From a bacterium (GTDB lineage Bacteria > JAMCPX01), in assembly GCA_037439545.1 (NCBI GenBank), contig JBBIVV010000005.1:6504-70503 (forward strand): DNA of 64,000 nt, written 5' to 3'. The notes beneath the pieces are model-generated. The model was not told where the DNA came from, ran no database searches, and was given only the letters and a program-made list of their open reading frames with translations. A program made the position numbers and the translations under genes. Positions within the stretch are counted from its first letter, which is position 1; every line of letters starts with the position of its first letter. Shown here piece after piece: positions 19,486 through 28,566 of the stretch.

Positions 19486-22199
19486 TTGAATAAATTCTCC
19501 AGAGCTTTACTGCCTTTGTTTTTTATGTCCTGCAGATTCTTATTCTGTTCTATCTGCTTGAGCTGGCTGTTGGTATTGAGCTCCTTGTTCAGTTGTTTGT
19601 TGAGCTCCTGAATAACCTGTTTTTTTGCAGCTTCTTTGAGTCTTTGCTGAAAGACCTCCTGATCGAGGGTGAGTAAGGGCTTTCTTATGTCGCCGGTCAA
19701 TAGAAAAGGTATCTCGACCTGTCCATGTTCATCCTTGATGAGCTGTCCCGTAGTTCCGCCTATCCTTCCCGATAAGGGCTTCGATAAAACTCCTATGCCC
19801 CGGTAATTCAGGTTTCCGTCGAGATCAAAATACCCGGTCGAGCTTACGACAAGGTCATTGCTTGAAAGTTTTGTGTCTTTTGAAGTTACTTTCCCATGAT
19901 CGACAGCAGCGGTAAGTTTGAGGGTGCTGAACTTCGTCGTTCTGCCGGCACCCAGGCTTGCAATCTTGGCAATGTCGGTAAGCTTTGACAATAGTGAGAA
20001 CGTTTTTATTTCTCCGTCTGTTACGGTAATAACGCCATTGCCGGAAACCGTCCGCTTGAGATCTTCCGCATTTCCGTTCAGGGCAATGTCCGTTCCAAGT
20101 CTGCCGGACATCACGTCTTTGTATGAGGTGAATGTATTCAACATGTCTCCGAGATTCAATCCGGTTGTTTTCAACCGGACATTGTAAGGCTCGGCGCCTT
20201 TCATGCCGACCGTACCGTTTGCCGCGATACTGCCCGAAAATGTCTTTACGTTGAATTTCTCCAGAATAATGCTGCCTTTTACGATCCTCGCCGCTGCACT
20301 CATGTCCGTGAACGCCGCTTTCTTTACGATGCCCTTTTGAACATGTGCAAGAACCGTCAGATTCGCTTTATCAATAAGGGAAGGCTGCTCCGGTGCTTTT
20401 GCCTTCTCCGTCTGTTTCGGCTGTTCTGCGTGCTTCTGCTGTTTTGATTCAGGGAGGAGTTCATCGACATTCAGATACGGCGAGGTAATATCGAGCTTCC
20501 CCTGTGGTGCGGAAAAATCGTTTATACTGCCGTTCGCTTTTATCGTTGACTGTCCGACCTGCACACTCATTGATTTCAATGCAATGCTGTTACGGGTAAA
20601 AGACGCATCCATGTCAAGGGACTTTAAGGGCTTTTGCAGGGACGCAATGACTGCCGAAACATTTTTAACCTGCAGTCTTCCCTGGACAGCAAGCTCCTTC
20701 GGCTTCTTGAACGCACCTTGAGCCGCAGCCGAGAGTGCAAAACTACCCGCTGCATTGTATGACTTTATCATGGGAATAACGTCCTGCAGCGATTGTACCT
20801 GTATCTCGTTTGTATGGAGTCCGATGTTCCCGTTCATATCTCCGGAAGTAACTACGCTTCCCGCAGCATCCAATGCGAGCCTGTCAAGGATGAATTTTAT
20901 ATCCTTTATGTCTACGGCATCCCCGTGCTTCGAGATGTCATAGGACAAACTCAATGGTACAGAGGTGGGTTTAAAAAATATTTTCTGGTAGGTTATCTTT
21001 GCCTTTGAAAGGTCGATACTTCCGTTTATTCCCATGCCGCCGCTGTTCGTGCTTATCGTTGTAGTAATGCTCCCGTCTCCGTTGATAGTTACCTCTTTCG
21101 GCAGGGATTTTTCCATGGGGCTGTAAAACTCTATCAACTTATCCAGCGATAAGGTTCTCGAGAAAAAATTTACGTTGACTCTTTTCGTAGAAATAGCGGC
21201 GCTGCCCTTTACCCCGAGGTTAATACCGTCAGATTGAAGGGTAACATCCTTTATGTTCAGAACCATTTCCCTCGGTGTAAACTCCAGGTCATTGCTTATG
21301 GAAAACGGGCTCACCGTCCCATTGGTAAGGGCAAGTCCCGAGAGTTCTATCTTTCCGTTTATATCCATGATGCCCGAAGACCCTGAGTTCAGTTTCTCCT
21401 CGACGTCAAGCGTGCCGGAACTCACTGTCTGGGCTTTTACCCCTGCAAGAGACAATACATACGGTATATCGATGTGCTTTAACGAGATAATTATGTTAAG
21501 CGGTAATTTTTCCATAGAGATCCGCTGTCCGGTCGGGCCGACATCTCCGTTTATATCGAGCCGTGCGTCCTTTAATTTATCGAACGAAACGCCGAGCGTG
21601 ACCTTGAACGCTTTATTAACGTTAAAACCGTATACCCCGAGATTTATATGATTTAACCCGTAGGTATGTTCTTTCCCGTGTTCAATGTTCGTTATATCAA
21701 TTACCCCGTCAGTCACTGCGAGTTTATCGAGAGAAAATCCTTCAGGTATGCCTGAAGAAGTTGTTTGTGTTATTTTTTCGGGCTTTTTCTCAGTTTTTTC
21801 CTCCGGTTTTTTTAGCAGATCCGAGAAATTATAGGTTCCATCGGGGTATCTTTTGATGTTTATCTCGGGTTTTGTCAGTATCACCTTGCTGATGGAAATT
21901 TCTTTTCTCAGCAGCGGCAGCAATTTAACCCCGACATCTATGTCATCGACGGAAACGAAAGAAGCTTTCGCAGGGGCCTTCTCTGCAACTGCAACGCCCC
22001 TTAATTCAACGCCAAGACCTGTCAGTATGGTCAATCTCAAATGCTCTATGGAAACCTGCCTGCCGATAGCCTTGCTTGCAGGGCCGGTTATCTTATTGAT
22101 GTACTTGTCAAGATTGATGACAAAAGGCAGCACAAGCAGGATAGCGATAATTACAATCAGTGTTATACCTGAATAGGTTAAGATTTTTTTTAGCTTCAT
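19482..22199 (-). CDS. AsmA-family outer-membrane biogenesis protein
   Basis: 905 aa. An N-terminal TM anchor is followed by a long beta-rich periplasmic region. The C-terminal region is AsmA-like and ends in a K/Q/N-rich coiled tail. Its stop overlaps the mtnA start. Confidence 0.65.
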   Translation of the reverse strand: MKLKKILTYSGITLIVIIAILLVLPFVINLDKYINKITGPASKAIGRQVSIEHLRLTILTGLGVELRGVAVAEKAPAKASFVSVDDIDVGVKLLPLLRKEISISKVILTKPEINIKRYPDGTYNFSDLLKKPEEKTEKKPEKITQTTSSGIPEGFSLDKLAVTDGVIDITNIEHGKEHTYGLNHINLGVYGFNVNKAFKVTLGVSFDKLKDARLDINGDVGPTGQRISMEKLPLNIIISLKHIDIPYVLSLAGVKAQTVSSGTLDVEEKLNSGSSGIMDINGKIELSGLALTNGTVSPFSISNDLEFTPREMVLNIKDVTLQSDGINLGVKGSAAISTKRVNVNFFSRTLSLDKLIEFYSPMEKSLPKEVTINGDGSITTTISTNSGGMGINGSIDLSKAKITYQKIFFKPTSVPLSLSYDISKHGDAVDIKDIKFILDRLALDAAGSVVTSGDMNGNIGLHTNEIQVQSLQDVIPMIKSYNAAGSFALSAAAQGAFKKPKELAVQGRLQVKNVSAVIASLQKPLKSLDMDASFTRNSIALKSMSVQVGQSTIKANGSINDFSAPQGKLDITSPYLNVDELLPESKQQKHAEQPKQTEKAKAPEQPSLIDKANLTVLAHVQKGIVKKAAFTDMSAAARIVKGSIILEKFNVKTFSGSIAANGTVGMKGAEPYNVRLKTTGLNLGDMLNTFTSYKDVMSGRLGTDIALNGNAEDLKRTVSGNGVITVTDGEIKTFSLLSKLTDIAKIASLGAGRTTKFSTLKLTAAVDHGKVTSKDTKLSSNDLVVSSTGYFDLDGNLNYRGIGVLSKPLSGRIGGTTGQLIKDEHGQVEIPFLLTGDIRKPLLTLDQEVFQQRLKEAAKKQVIQELNKQLNKELNTNSQLKQIEQNKNLQDIKNKGSKALENLFK

Positions 22200-23632
22200 T
22201 TGTGTTCCTCTTTTAATAATTTTTTTAATAATTCATTTACAATGGCCGGGTTTGCCTTACCGGCAGTTACCTTCATGACCTGCCCTACAAAAAACCCAAA
22301 CACCTTGTCTTTGCCGGCACGATACTGTTCTACCTCTTTTTTGTTCTTTGCCATTATAGACAGGATAGCATCCCTTATTGCCGGTTCGTCCGATATCTGC
22401 TCCAGTCCGAGCTCCTTGATAAGACCATCGGGGTCTTTCCCCGTCAACACCATCTGTTCATAAACGGTTTTGGCAATCTTTCCGCTTATCGTTCCATCGT
22501 CGACAAGACCCAAGAGCCTCGCTGTTTGAGGAGGCATAACTTTGAAGCTTTTTATGCCGGTATCGATGTCCTTTATGAATCTCAGCATCTCGCTCATGAT
22601 CCAGTTGCTGACGGTCTTTGGCTTATTGAATAATCGAACAGCGGTCTCAAAATAGTCCGCAAGGTCTCTTGATGCTGTGAGCACCTCCGCATCATACGGC
22701 GGGAGGTTGTAATCTGAAACAAACCGTTTTGCTTTTGTATCGGGCAGTTCCGGAACGCCTCTGCGTGCCTCCTCCAGAAGTTCTTCGTTTACTTCAAGGG
22801 TAAGAAGATCCGGTTCGGGAAAATATCTATAGTCATGAGCCTCTTCTTTTGATCGCATCGACCTGGATATGTTTGCGGTCTCATCCCATAGCCTTGTTTC
22901 CTGCACTATGCTGCCGCCGTCGTCCAGTATGTCCATCTGCCTTTTTATTTCATAGTCGAGGGCTTTATGGATAAACCTGAAAGAGTTCATGTTCTTCAGT
23001 TCCGCTTTTACGCCAAGCTGCGTATCTCCTTTTGGTCTTACAGAAACGTTCGCATCACAGCGGAGGGATCCTTCCTCCATATTACCGTCGCATATACCGA
23101 GATAAAGGAGTATGGTCCTCAGTTTTTTAAGATACGCAACGGCCTCGTCCGGTGTCGACATATCAGGCTCCGAAACAATTTCCACCAGCGGAATGCCCGA
23201 CCTGTTAAAATCGACGAAGCTCGTTCCGTCCTGATTGTGCATGAGCTTTCCTGCATCTTCTTCTATGTGTATGCGGTTGAGTCTTATATCCTTGCTCGTG
23301 CCGTTTATCTGGATGTTTAGTATACCGTTTTTATTGATAGGCAGTTCATACTGGGAAATCTGATAGCCCTTTGGCAGATCAGGATAAAAATAGTTTTTCC
23401 GGGCAAAAACACTGTTTTTTGAAATAGTGCCTTGCACTGCTATTGCGAGCATGCATGCGTATAAAACAATATTTCTGTTCAGCACCGGCAGTACACCCGG
23501 CATACCGAGACACACAGGACATACATTTATATTCGGCTCCAATGCAAACACAGTCGAACATCCACAGAATGTCTTGGTCTGTGTCTTCAACTGTGCGTGA
23601 ATCTCAAGTCCTATAACCGCTTCATATTCCAT
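22196..23632 (-). CDS. gatB: Asp-tRNA(Asn)/Glu-tRNA(Gln) amidotransferase subunit B
   Basis: MEYEAVIGLEIHAQL...FCGC GatB signature. The start is placed at the ATG at 23632, which has a GAGG SD. The track start at 23644 is a TTG. Confidence 0.9.
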   Translation of the reverse strand: MEYEAVIGLEIHAQLKTQTKTFCGCSTVFALEPNINVCPVCLGMPGVLPVLNRNIVLYACMLAIAVQGTISKNSVFARKNYFYPDLPKGYQISQYELPINKNGILNIQINGTSKDIRLNRIHIEEDAGKLMHNQDGTSFVDFNRSGIPLVEIVSEPDMSTPDEAVAYLKKLRTILLYLGICDGNMEEGSLRCDANVSVRPKGDTQLGVKAELKNMNSFRFIHKALDYEIKRQMDILDDGGSIVQETRLWDETANISRSMRSKEEAHDYRYFPEPDLLTLEVNEELLEEARRGVPELPDTKAKRFVSDYNLPPYDAEVLTASRDLADYFETAVRLFNKPKTVSNWIMSEMLRFIKDIDTGIKSFKVMPPQTARLLGLVDDGTISGKIAKTVYEQMVLTGKDPDGLIKELGLEQISDEPAIRDAILSIMAKNKKEVEQYRAGKDKVFGFFVGQVMKVTAGKANPAIVNELLKKLLKEEHK

Positions 23633-23704
23633 GAACAACCTCAACTATTTTTATTGATGCACATAGTTACATGTTTTTTATTTTAAATCAACGAAGAAAG
23701 CGAT

Positions 23705-23947
23705 CTATAAACGCACTTGCTTTGGCCAAAAAAATGCAACAACCTGAAAAATACCTCTTAAATTGGGGAGCGTCTTGCCTTTTGTCAAAAGGGTATTAAG
23801 AAATCGGACATTTATGAACAACCCGGTACCGAGTAAAACAGCGGCCAGCAGCCATACAGCCCTGTACCCTGCAAGAGCGGCGATACCTCCGCCTGCCAGA
23901 GAACCGATAATGGCCGCGGCACCGCTCAAAGGGTTGTACAGCCCCAT
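23705..23947 (-). pseudogene. probable remnant of an MFS-type transporter gene (C-terminal approx 80 aa only)
   Basis: The translation looks like the last two TM helices of an MFS permease (AAIIGSLAGGGIAALAGYRAVWLLAAVLLGTGLF). There is no room for the rest of the gene before the plus-strand GGDEF gene. Confidence 0.3.
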
Positions 23948-24242
23948 TGCCTCGCCTTCACCTATGGGAAAGAAAACCCATAGCCCAGCTCAAGGAATGC
24001 CTCTACGAGATTCGACAATTGTTTGACTTGAGGTTCGAAATGAAGGAAACTTAATATGCTTCATACACAATTTTAAGGGGTAGTCTCGCCTCTGCCGGAG
24101 AGGTGATAAAATCGGAGGGGCGGTTCGTAAACCGCCCTTTAACGGTTACGCTGGCCGTGGTTTCTCCATCGGGATATGCTTGCAAAATCTCCCGCTTTGG
24201 CATATCCTGCTCATAAGTGCACGACTCTTAAAAAAAGGAGGG

Positions 24243-26168
24243 ATGCATATGACAAGATATTCCCGGGATCATCCGGCAGGCGAACCCATCACCGATATCA
24301 AGGAAGATTATGGACATGTAAAAAGGATGAACAGGCTGTACAATGTCCTGAGCAAGATAAATGGATTCATAATCAGAGTCAATAACATCAACGAATTGTT
24401 AGAGAGTATTTGTCCGATCATAGTTGATGACGGAGGGTTTAAATTTGCATGGATCGGCATCCTGGACAAGGAAACAAAAGAGATAAGACTTGCTGCACTA
24501 TGGGGCGAGGGTGAAGCTTATATAAGAGATTTGAAATTCTCCATACAACCGGACCTGCCCGGGGGCACGAGTCCCACGGGAACCGCAATAAGGGAAAACC
24601 GCATCGTATCAAGCGATGACATCGAGCACGATGCCAGGATGCTGAACTGGAGAAGAAGGGCACTGACTTTCGGCTTCAAGGCATACGCAGCCATACCGAT
24701 AAGCATGGATAACGAGGTAATAGGTGCGGTTACCCTGTATGCAGACACACCGTTCACCTTTGGAAAAGAAGAAATACGCCTGCTCGAGGAGATTGCCGGA
24801 GACATATCCTTTGCCATGGGGAATACCGCCAAGCTTCTGAAAGCAAAGTATACGCTTATTTTCGATCCCCTGACCGGTTTGCTGACCCGGGAACATATAC
24901 TGCAGGAGCTACAGAGGCTTATAGAGAGTTCATCTCAATCCGGAGAACGGTTAACCTTCATAGTTATGGATATCGACAGATTCAAAAGTGTAAACGAGTC
25001 CATAGGTTACGCAAAGGGTGACCTCCTATTAAAGGAGATCGCAAAAAAGCTCGCTTCTGTAATAAAAACCCCCAATATGCTTGGCAGGATTAGCGCCGAT
25101 GAGTTCGCGGTCATAGGGTGCGACATAAAGGACGATGAATCCATATACAGGACGATAGAAAACATAAACACCGCCTTTTCAAAACCTCTTGCGACAGGCA
25201 GTGAAGAGGTACTCATAACCTTCAGCATGGGTATATCCCTCTATCCTGATGACGGCAGCACTGGTGAAGAATTGATAAAGCTTGCCGAGGCATCGCTTTC
25301 CCAGGCAAAAAAATTGGGTACAAACAGCCTCGTAACCTACTCCCCTGCAATCAACAAGAGGCTTTCAGAGATCATAAAGATGAAGAACAAGCTGATAAAG
25401 GCATTAGAGAACCATGAGTTCATCGTGTACTACGAGCCAAAGATAAATATTCAGACCAATACACTCTCTGGTGTAGAGGCACTTTTACGGTGGCAGGACC
25501 CTGAAGAGGGACTGGTGAGGCCTACAAGGTTCGTGCCGATCCTTGAAGAAACGGGTATGATCCTGAAAGTCGGGCAATGGGTACTGAAAGAAGCCTCGAA
25601 ACAGGTGCAGCAATGGAGCAAGAAAGGGTATAACTTTAAGCTTGCAGTCAACATATCGGCTGCACAGTTGGAGCAGGATGATTTTGCAAGTATGATAATA
25701 ATGGAAATAAAAGATACAGGCCTGAATCCGTCTAATCTTGAACTCGAAATAACCGAAAGCCTGTTGATGAAAAATGTGGAAAGGAATATAGAAAAAATTC
25801 TGCAGGTAAAGGACTACGGTATTGCGGTATCCATTGACGACTTCGGCACCGGATACTCCTCCCTTGCGTACCTTAAAAGACTACCGATAAACACTTTGAA
25901 GATAGATATCTCTTTCATAAAAACTCTGCCGGATGACAAAGAAACAGCCAAGATTATCGAGACAATAATCTCCCTTGCCGGTGTTTTCAACCTTAAGACT
26001 ATTGCAGAAGGCATAGACTCACAAGAGCAGATTAATTTCCTGAAAAAGGCAGGGTGCGACGAAGTGCAGGGCTACTATTTTACGAAGCCCCTGCCAGCAA
26101 AGAAATTCGAGGAATTTATGGCAAACTTTCACAGAGATTTTTCTGACCCTGCGGGATCAAAATCTTAA
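24243..26168 (+). CDS. GAF-GGDEF-EAL signalling protein (degenerate GGDEF, intact EAL; likely c-di-GMP phosphodiesterase)
   Basis: The GAF domain spans roughly aa 60 to 210. The GGDEF domain carries RISADEF in place of the RxGGDEF signature. The EAL domain has EALLRW, DDFGTGYSS and EGIDSQEQ. AAAGGAGGG precedes the ATGs at 24243 and 24249, and 24249 has the better spacing. Confidence 0.85.
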   Translation: MHMTRYSRDHPAGEPITDIKEDYGHVKRMNRLYNVLSKINGFIIRVNNINELLESICPIIVDDGGFKFAWIGILDKETKEIRLAALWGEGEAYIRDLKFSIQPDLPGGTSPTGTAIRENRIVSSDDIEHDARMLNWRRRALTFGFKAYAAIPISMDNEVIGAVTLYADTPFTFGKEEIRLLEEIAGDISFAMGNTAKLLKAKYTLIFDPLTGLLTREHILQELQRLIESSSQSGERLTFIVMDIDRFKSVNESIGYAKGDLLLKEIAKKLASVIKTPNMLGRISADEFAVIGCDIKDDESIYRTIENINTAFSKPLATGSEEVLITFSMGISLYPDDGSTGEELIKLAEASLSQAKKLGTNSLVTYSPAINKRLSEIIKMKNKLIKALENHEFIVYYEPKINIQTNTLSGVEALLRWQDPEEGLVRPTRFVPILEETGMILKVGQWVLKEASKQVQQWSKKGYNFKLAVNISAAQLEQDDFASMIIMEIKDTGLNPSNLELEITESLLMKNVERNIEKILQVKDYGIAVSIDDFGTGYSSLAYLKRLPINTLKIDISFIKTLPDDKETAKIIETIISLAGVFNLKTIAEGIDSQEQINFLKKAGCDEVQGYYFTKPLPAKKFEEFMANFHRDFSDPAGSKS

Positions 26169-26183
26169 CAGGAGGGTACAACC

Positions 26184-27173
26184 ATGAAAATACCGGCAAA
26201 ATACTGTAAAAAAGAAAACAATAACAGAGTCAGGTGCATTCTGTGCCCTTACGATTGTTTGATAGGGGATGGACACAGGGGGGTTTGTGGTATCAGACGC
26301 AATGAAAACGGCGTCCTTATGGCGGAAACATACAATAGTGTCAGTGCCATGCACCTTGATCCCATAGAAAAAAAGCCGCTGTATCAGTTCTATCCCGGCT
26401 CATCCATCCTGTCCGTCGGTACTATCGGATGCAGCTTCCACTGCATGTTCTGCCAGAACTGGGAGCTCGTGGAAGGCGAGGTTTCCACACACGAGATTAC
26501 CAAGGAACAGTTATATGTTTATGCCGTGGACATGGATTCCATCGGCATCGCCTATACGTACAATGAACCTTTTATATGGTTCGAGTTTATCTATGATACT
26601 GCAAAGTTTTTTCATGAAAAGGGCATGGTAAACGTACTTGTGACGAACGGGTTTGTCAATCCGGGACCCCTTGAAGAACTTGCCCCCCACATCGATGCAA
26701 TGAACATAGACCTGAAAGCGCTGGACGATGATTTCTATAAAAGGTTGTGCAAGGGCAAGTTAGACCCTGTGAAACATACCATTGAATACGTAATAAAAAA
26801 GGGCATACACGTTGAGTTAACCAACCTGCTTGTGACTGGCTATAATACATCGGAGGATCAAATAAAACGGCTGGTTGATTACGTTGCTTCTCTCGGCAGG
26901 GACACGATCCTTCATTTTTCCCGTTACTTTCCGAATTACAAGCTCGATGTTCCTGCAACACCGATGGAAGTCCTCGAGTTTGCATATAACTATGCACGTA
27001 AGAAGCTCAACTACGTTTATATGGGCAATGTGATTGACAGCAAGGCAGACAGCACGTACTGTCCGAAGTGCAAGAACCTGTTGATAGAGAGGGTCGGATA
27101 TACGGTCAGAGTAACGGGATTGAAAGGGGACACATGTTCGAAATGCGGCGAGCGGATCAATATCAGGATATGA
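26184..27173 (+). CDS. AmmeMemoRadiSam-system-type radical SAM enzyme (PFL-activase-like)
   Basis: N-terminal Cys-rich motif (CILCPYDCLIGDGHRGVCGIR), a DPIEKKPL...PGS block and the radical SAM cluster motif (CSFHCMFCQNW). It has an AGGAGGG RBS and lies 15 nt after the GGDEF/EAL gene. Confidence 0.8.
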   Translation: MKIPAKYCKKENNNRVRCILCPYDCLIGDGHRGVCGIRRNENGVLMAETYNSVSAMHLDPIEKKPLYQFYPGSSILSVGTIGCSFHCMFCQNWELVEGEVSTHEITKEQLYVYAVDMDSIGIAYTYNEPFIWFEFIYDTAKFFHEKGMVNVLVTNGFVNPGPLEELAPHIDAMNIDLKALDDDFYKRLCKGKLDPVKHTIEYVIKKGIHVELTNLLVTGYNTSEDQIKRLVDYVASLGRDTILHFSRYFPNYKLDVPATPMEVLEFAYNYARKKLNYVYMGNVIDSKADSTYCPKCKNLLIERVGYTVRVTGLKGDTCSKCGERINIRI

Positions 27174-27225
27174 GCAGTCAAGCAAACTTCCCTGTTGTAT
27201 TTTTCGGGACAACCTTTAAAACCTC

Positions 27226-28464
27226 ATGAGAATAATAGCGGATCTGCACGTTCACTCCAAATACAGCAGGGCGACCAGCAAGAATATGGACGCCGACAGC
27301 ATTGCTTTGTGGGCCAAACGTAAAGGTATAAATCTTGTCGGCACGGGCGATTTTACCCACCCGGCATATCTGAAAGAACTTAAAAAAAGCCTCACTCCAT
27401 CTGCGCACGGTCTTTTCAAACTGAAGAAATCAAAAAGCGGCGTTCATTTTATGCTGACGACGGAGTTAAGCAATATTTACTCCTACAAGGGCAGGACGAG
27501 ACGCATCCATAACATCCTTTTTGCTCCGTCCTTTGAGTCCGTTGACAAAATCACCAAAGCCCTTTCAAAGTTCGGCAGACTTGACTATGACGGAAGACCA
27601 ATATTCGGATTCAATGCAAAAGATCTTGTTAAACTTGTTCTGGATGCCTCGGATTTGTGTATGGTAGTTCCGGCACACGCATGGACGCCGTGGTATTCCG
27701 TCTTCGGCTCCAATTCTGGGTTCGATTCCCTTGAAGAATGTTTTGAAGAGCAGGCAGTGCATATCCATGCAATTGAGACAGGTCTGTCGTCCGATCCTCC
27801 CATGAACTGGAGACTGGGATCTCTCGACGCCATAACCCTTATTTCAAACTCCGATGCACATTCTCCGGAAAAGCTCGGCAGGGAGGCAAACGTATTCGAA
27901 TGCGAAATGTCCTATGAAGACATTATTACGGCCATAAAAAGCAAGGACAAAAACCGTTTTCTCTCTACAATTGAATTTTTTCCCGAAGAAGGGAAATACC
28001 ATTTTGACGGCCACCGCAGCTGCAAGGTCAGCTTTTCTCCGCAGCAAACGAATCAGCATGGCGGGCTGTGTCCTGTCTGCGGCAGACCGTTAACAATCGG
28101 CGTTCTCAACCGTATCGACAAACTCGCTGACAGGAAAGACGGCTTTATACCCGAAAACGCCATTCCGTTCAAACACCTTATTCCCCTGAAGGAGATCATG
28201 TCCGATGTACTGTCCGTGGGAGTAAATAGTGTGAGAATAAATAAACTTTACACAGAGGTCGTCATAGACAAAAATATACCGGAACTGGACATTTTGCAGG
28301 ATACTCCGGAGCATGAATTAAAACGACTGTTTCCGGAGACTATTTTTAATGGAATCATGAAGGTCAGGAATGGATTGGTGGATATCGCACCGGGCTATGA
28401 CGGCGAATACGGCAGAATCGGCATCAAGACGGATACCGGACAAGCATCTCACCATCACTGTTGA
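27226..28464 (+). CDS. PHP-domain endonuclease Q (EndoQ)-like protein
   Basis: PHP metal-binding motifs (DLHVHSKYSRATS, GTGDFTHP, PAHAWTPW, SNSDAHSP) plus a zinc-finger insert (CKVSF...CPVCGRPLTIGV), as in archaeal and Bacillus EndoQ. Confidence 0.75.
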   Translation: MRIIADLHVHSKYSRATSKNMDADSIALWAKRKGINLVGTGDFTHPAYLKELKKSLTPSAHGLFKLKKSKSGVHFMLTTELSNIYSYKGRTRRIHNILFAPSFESVDKITKALSKFGRLDYDGRPIFGFNAKDLVKLVLDASDLCMVVPAHAWTPWYSVFGSNSGFDSLEECFEEQAVHIHAIETGLSSDPPMNWRLGSLDAITLISNSDAHSPEKLGREANVFECEMSYEDIITAIKSKDKNRFLSTIEFFPEEGKYHFDGHRSCKVSFSPQQTNQHGGLCPVCGRPLTIGVLNRIDKLADRKDGFIPENAIPFKHLIPLKEIMSDVLSVGVNSVRINKLYTEVVIDKNIPELDILQDTPEHELKRLFPETIFNGIMKVRNGLVDIAPGYDGEYGRIGIKTDTGQASHHHC

Positions 28465-28566
28465 TATACCGCAGATCTGATTGACTTGTTCCATGGTTAT
28501 TATACCTATTATAAGTAGTATTGAGAATTTTACATGTTTTATAGTTCCCTATCCAAGGAGGAAAAG

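Noticed and set aside
24150-24190. Possible sigma-54 -24/-12 promoter (TCGGGAT...TTGCA) upstream of the GGDEF gene
   Set aside because: The GG/GC spacing is off by one. The -24 element, TCGGGA against the TGGCAC consensus, matches poorly.
26157-26354. 65-aa minus-strand ORF across the GGDEF / radical SAM junction
   Set aside because: It is antisense to two well-supported genes and their RBS, so it was treated as spurious.
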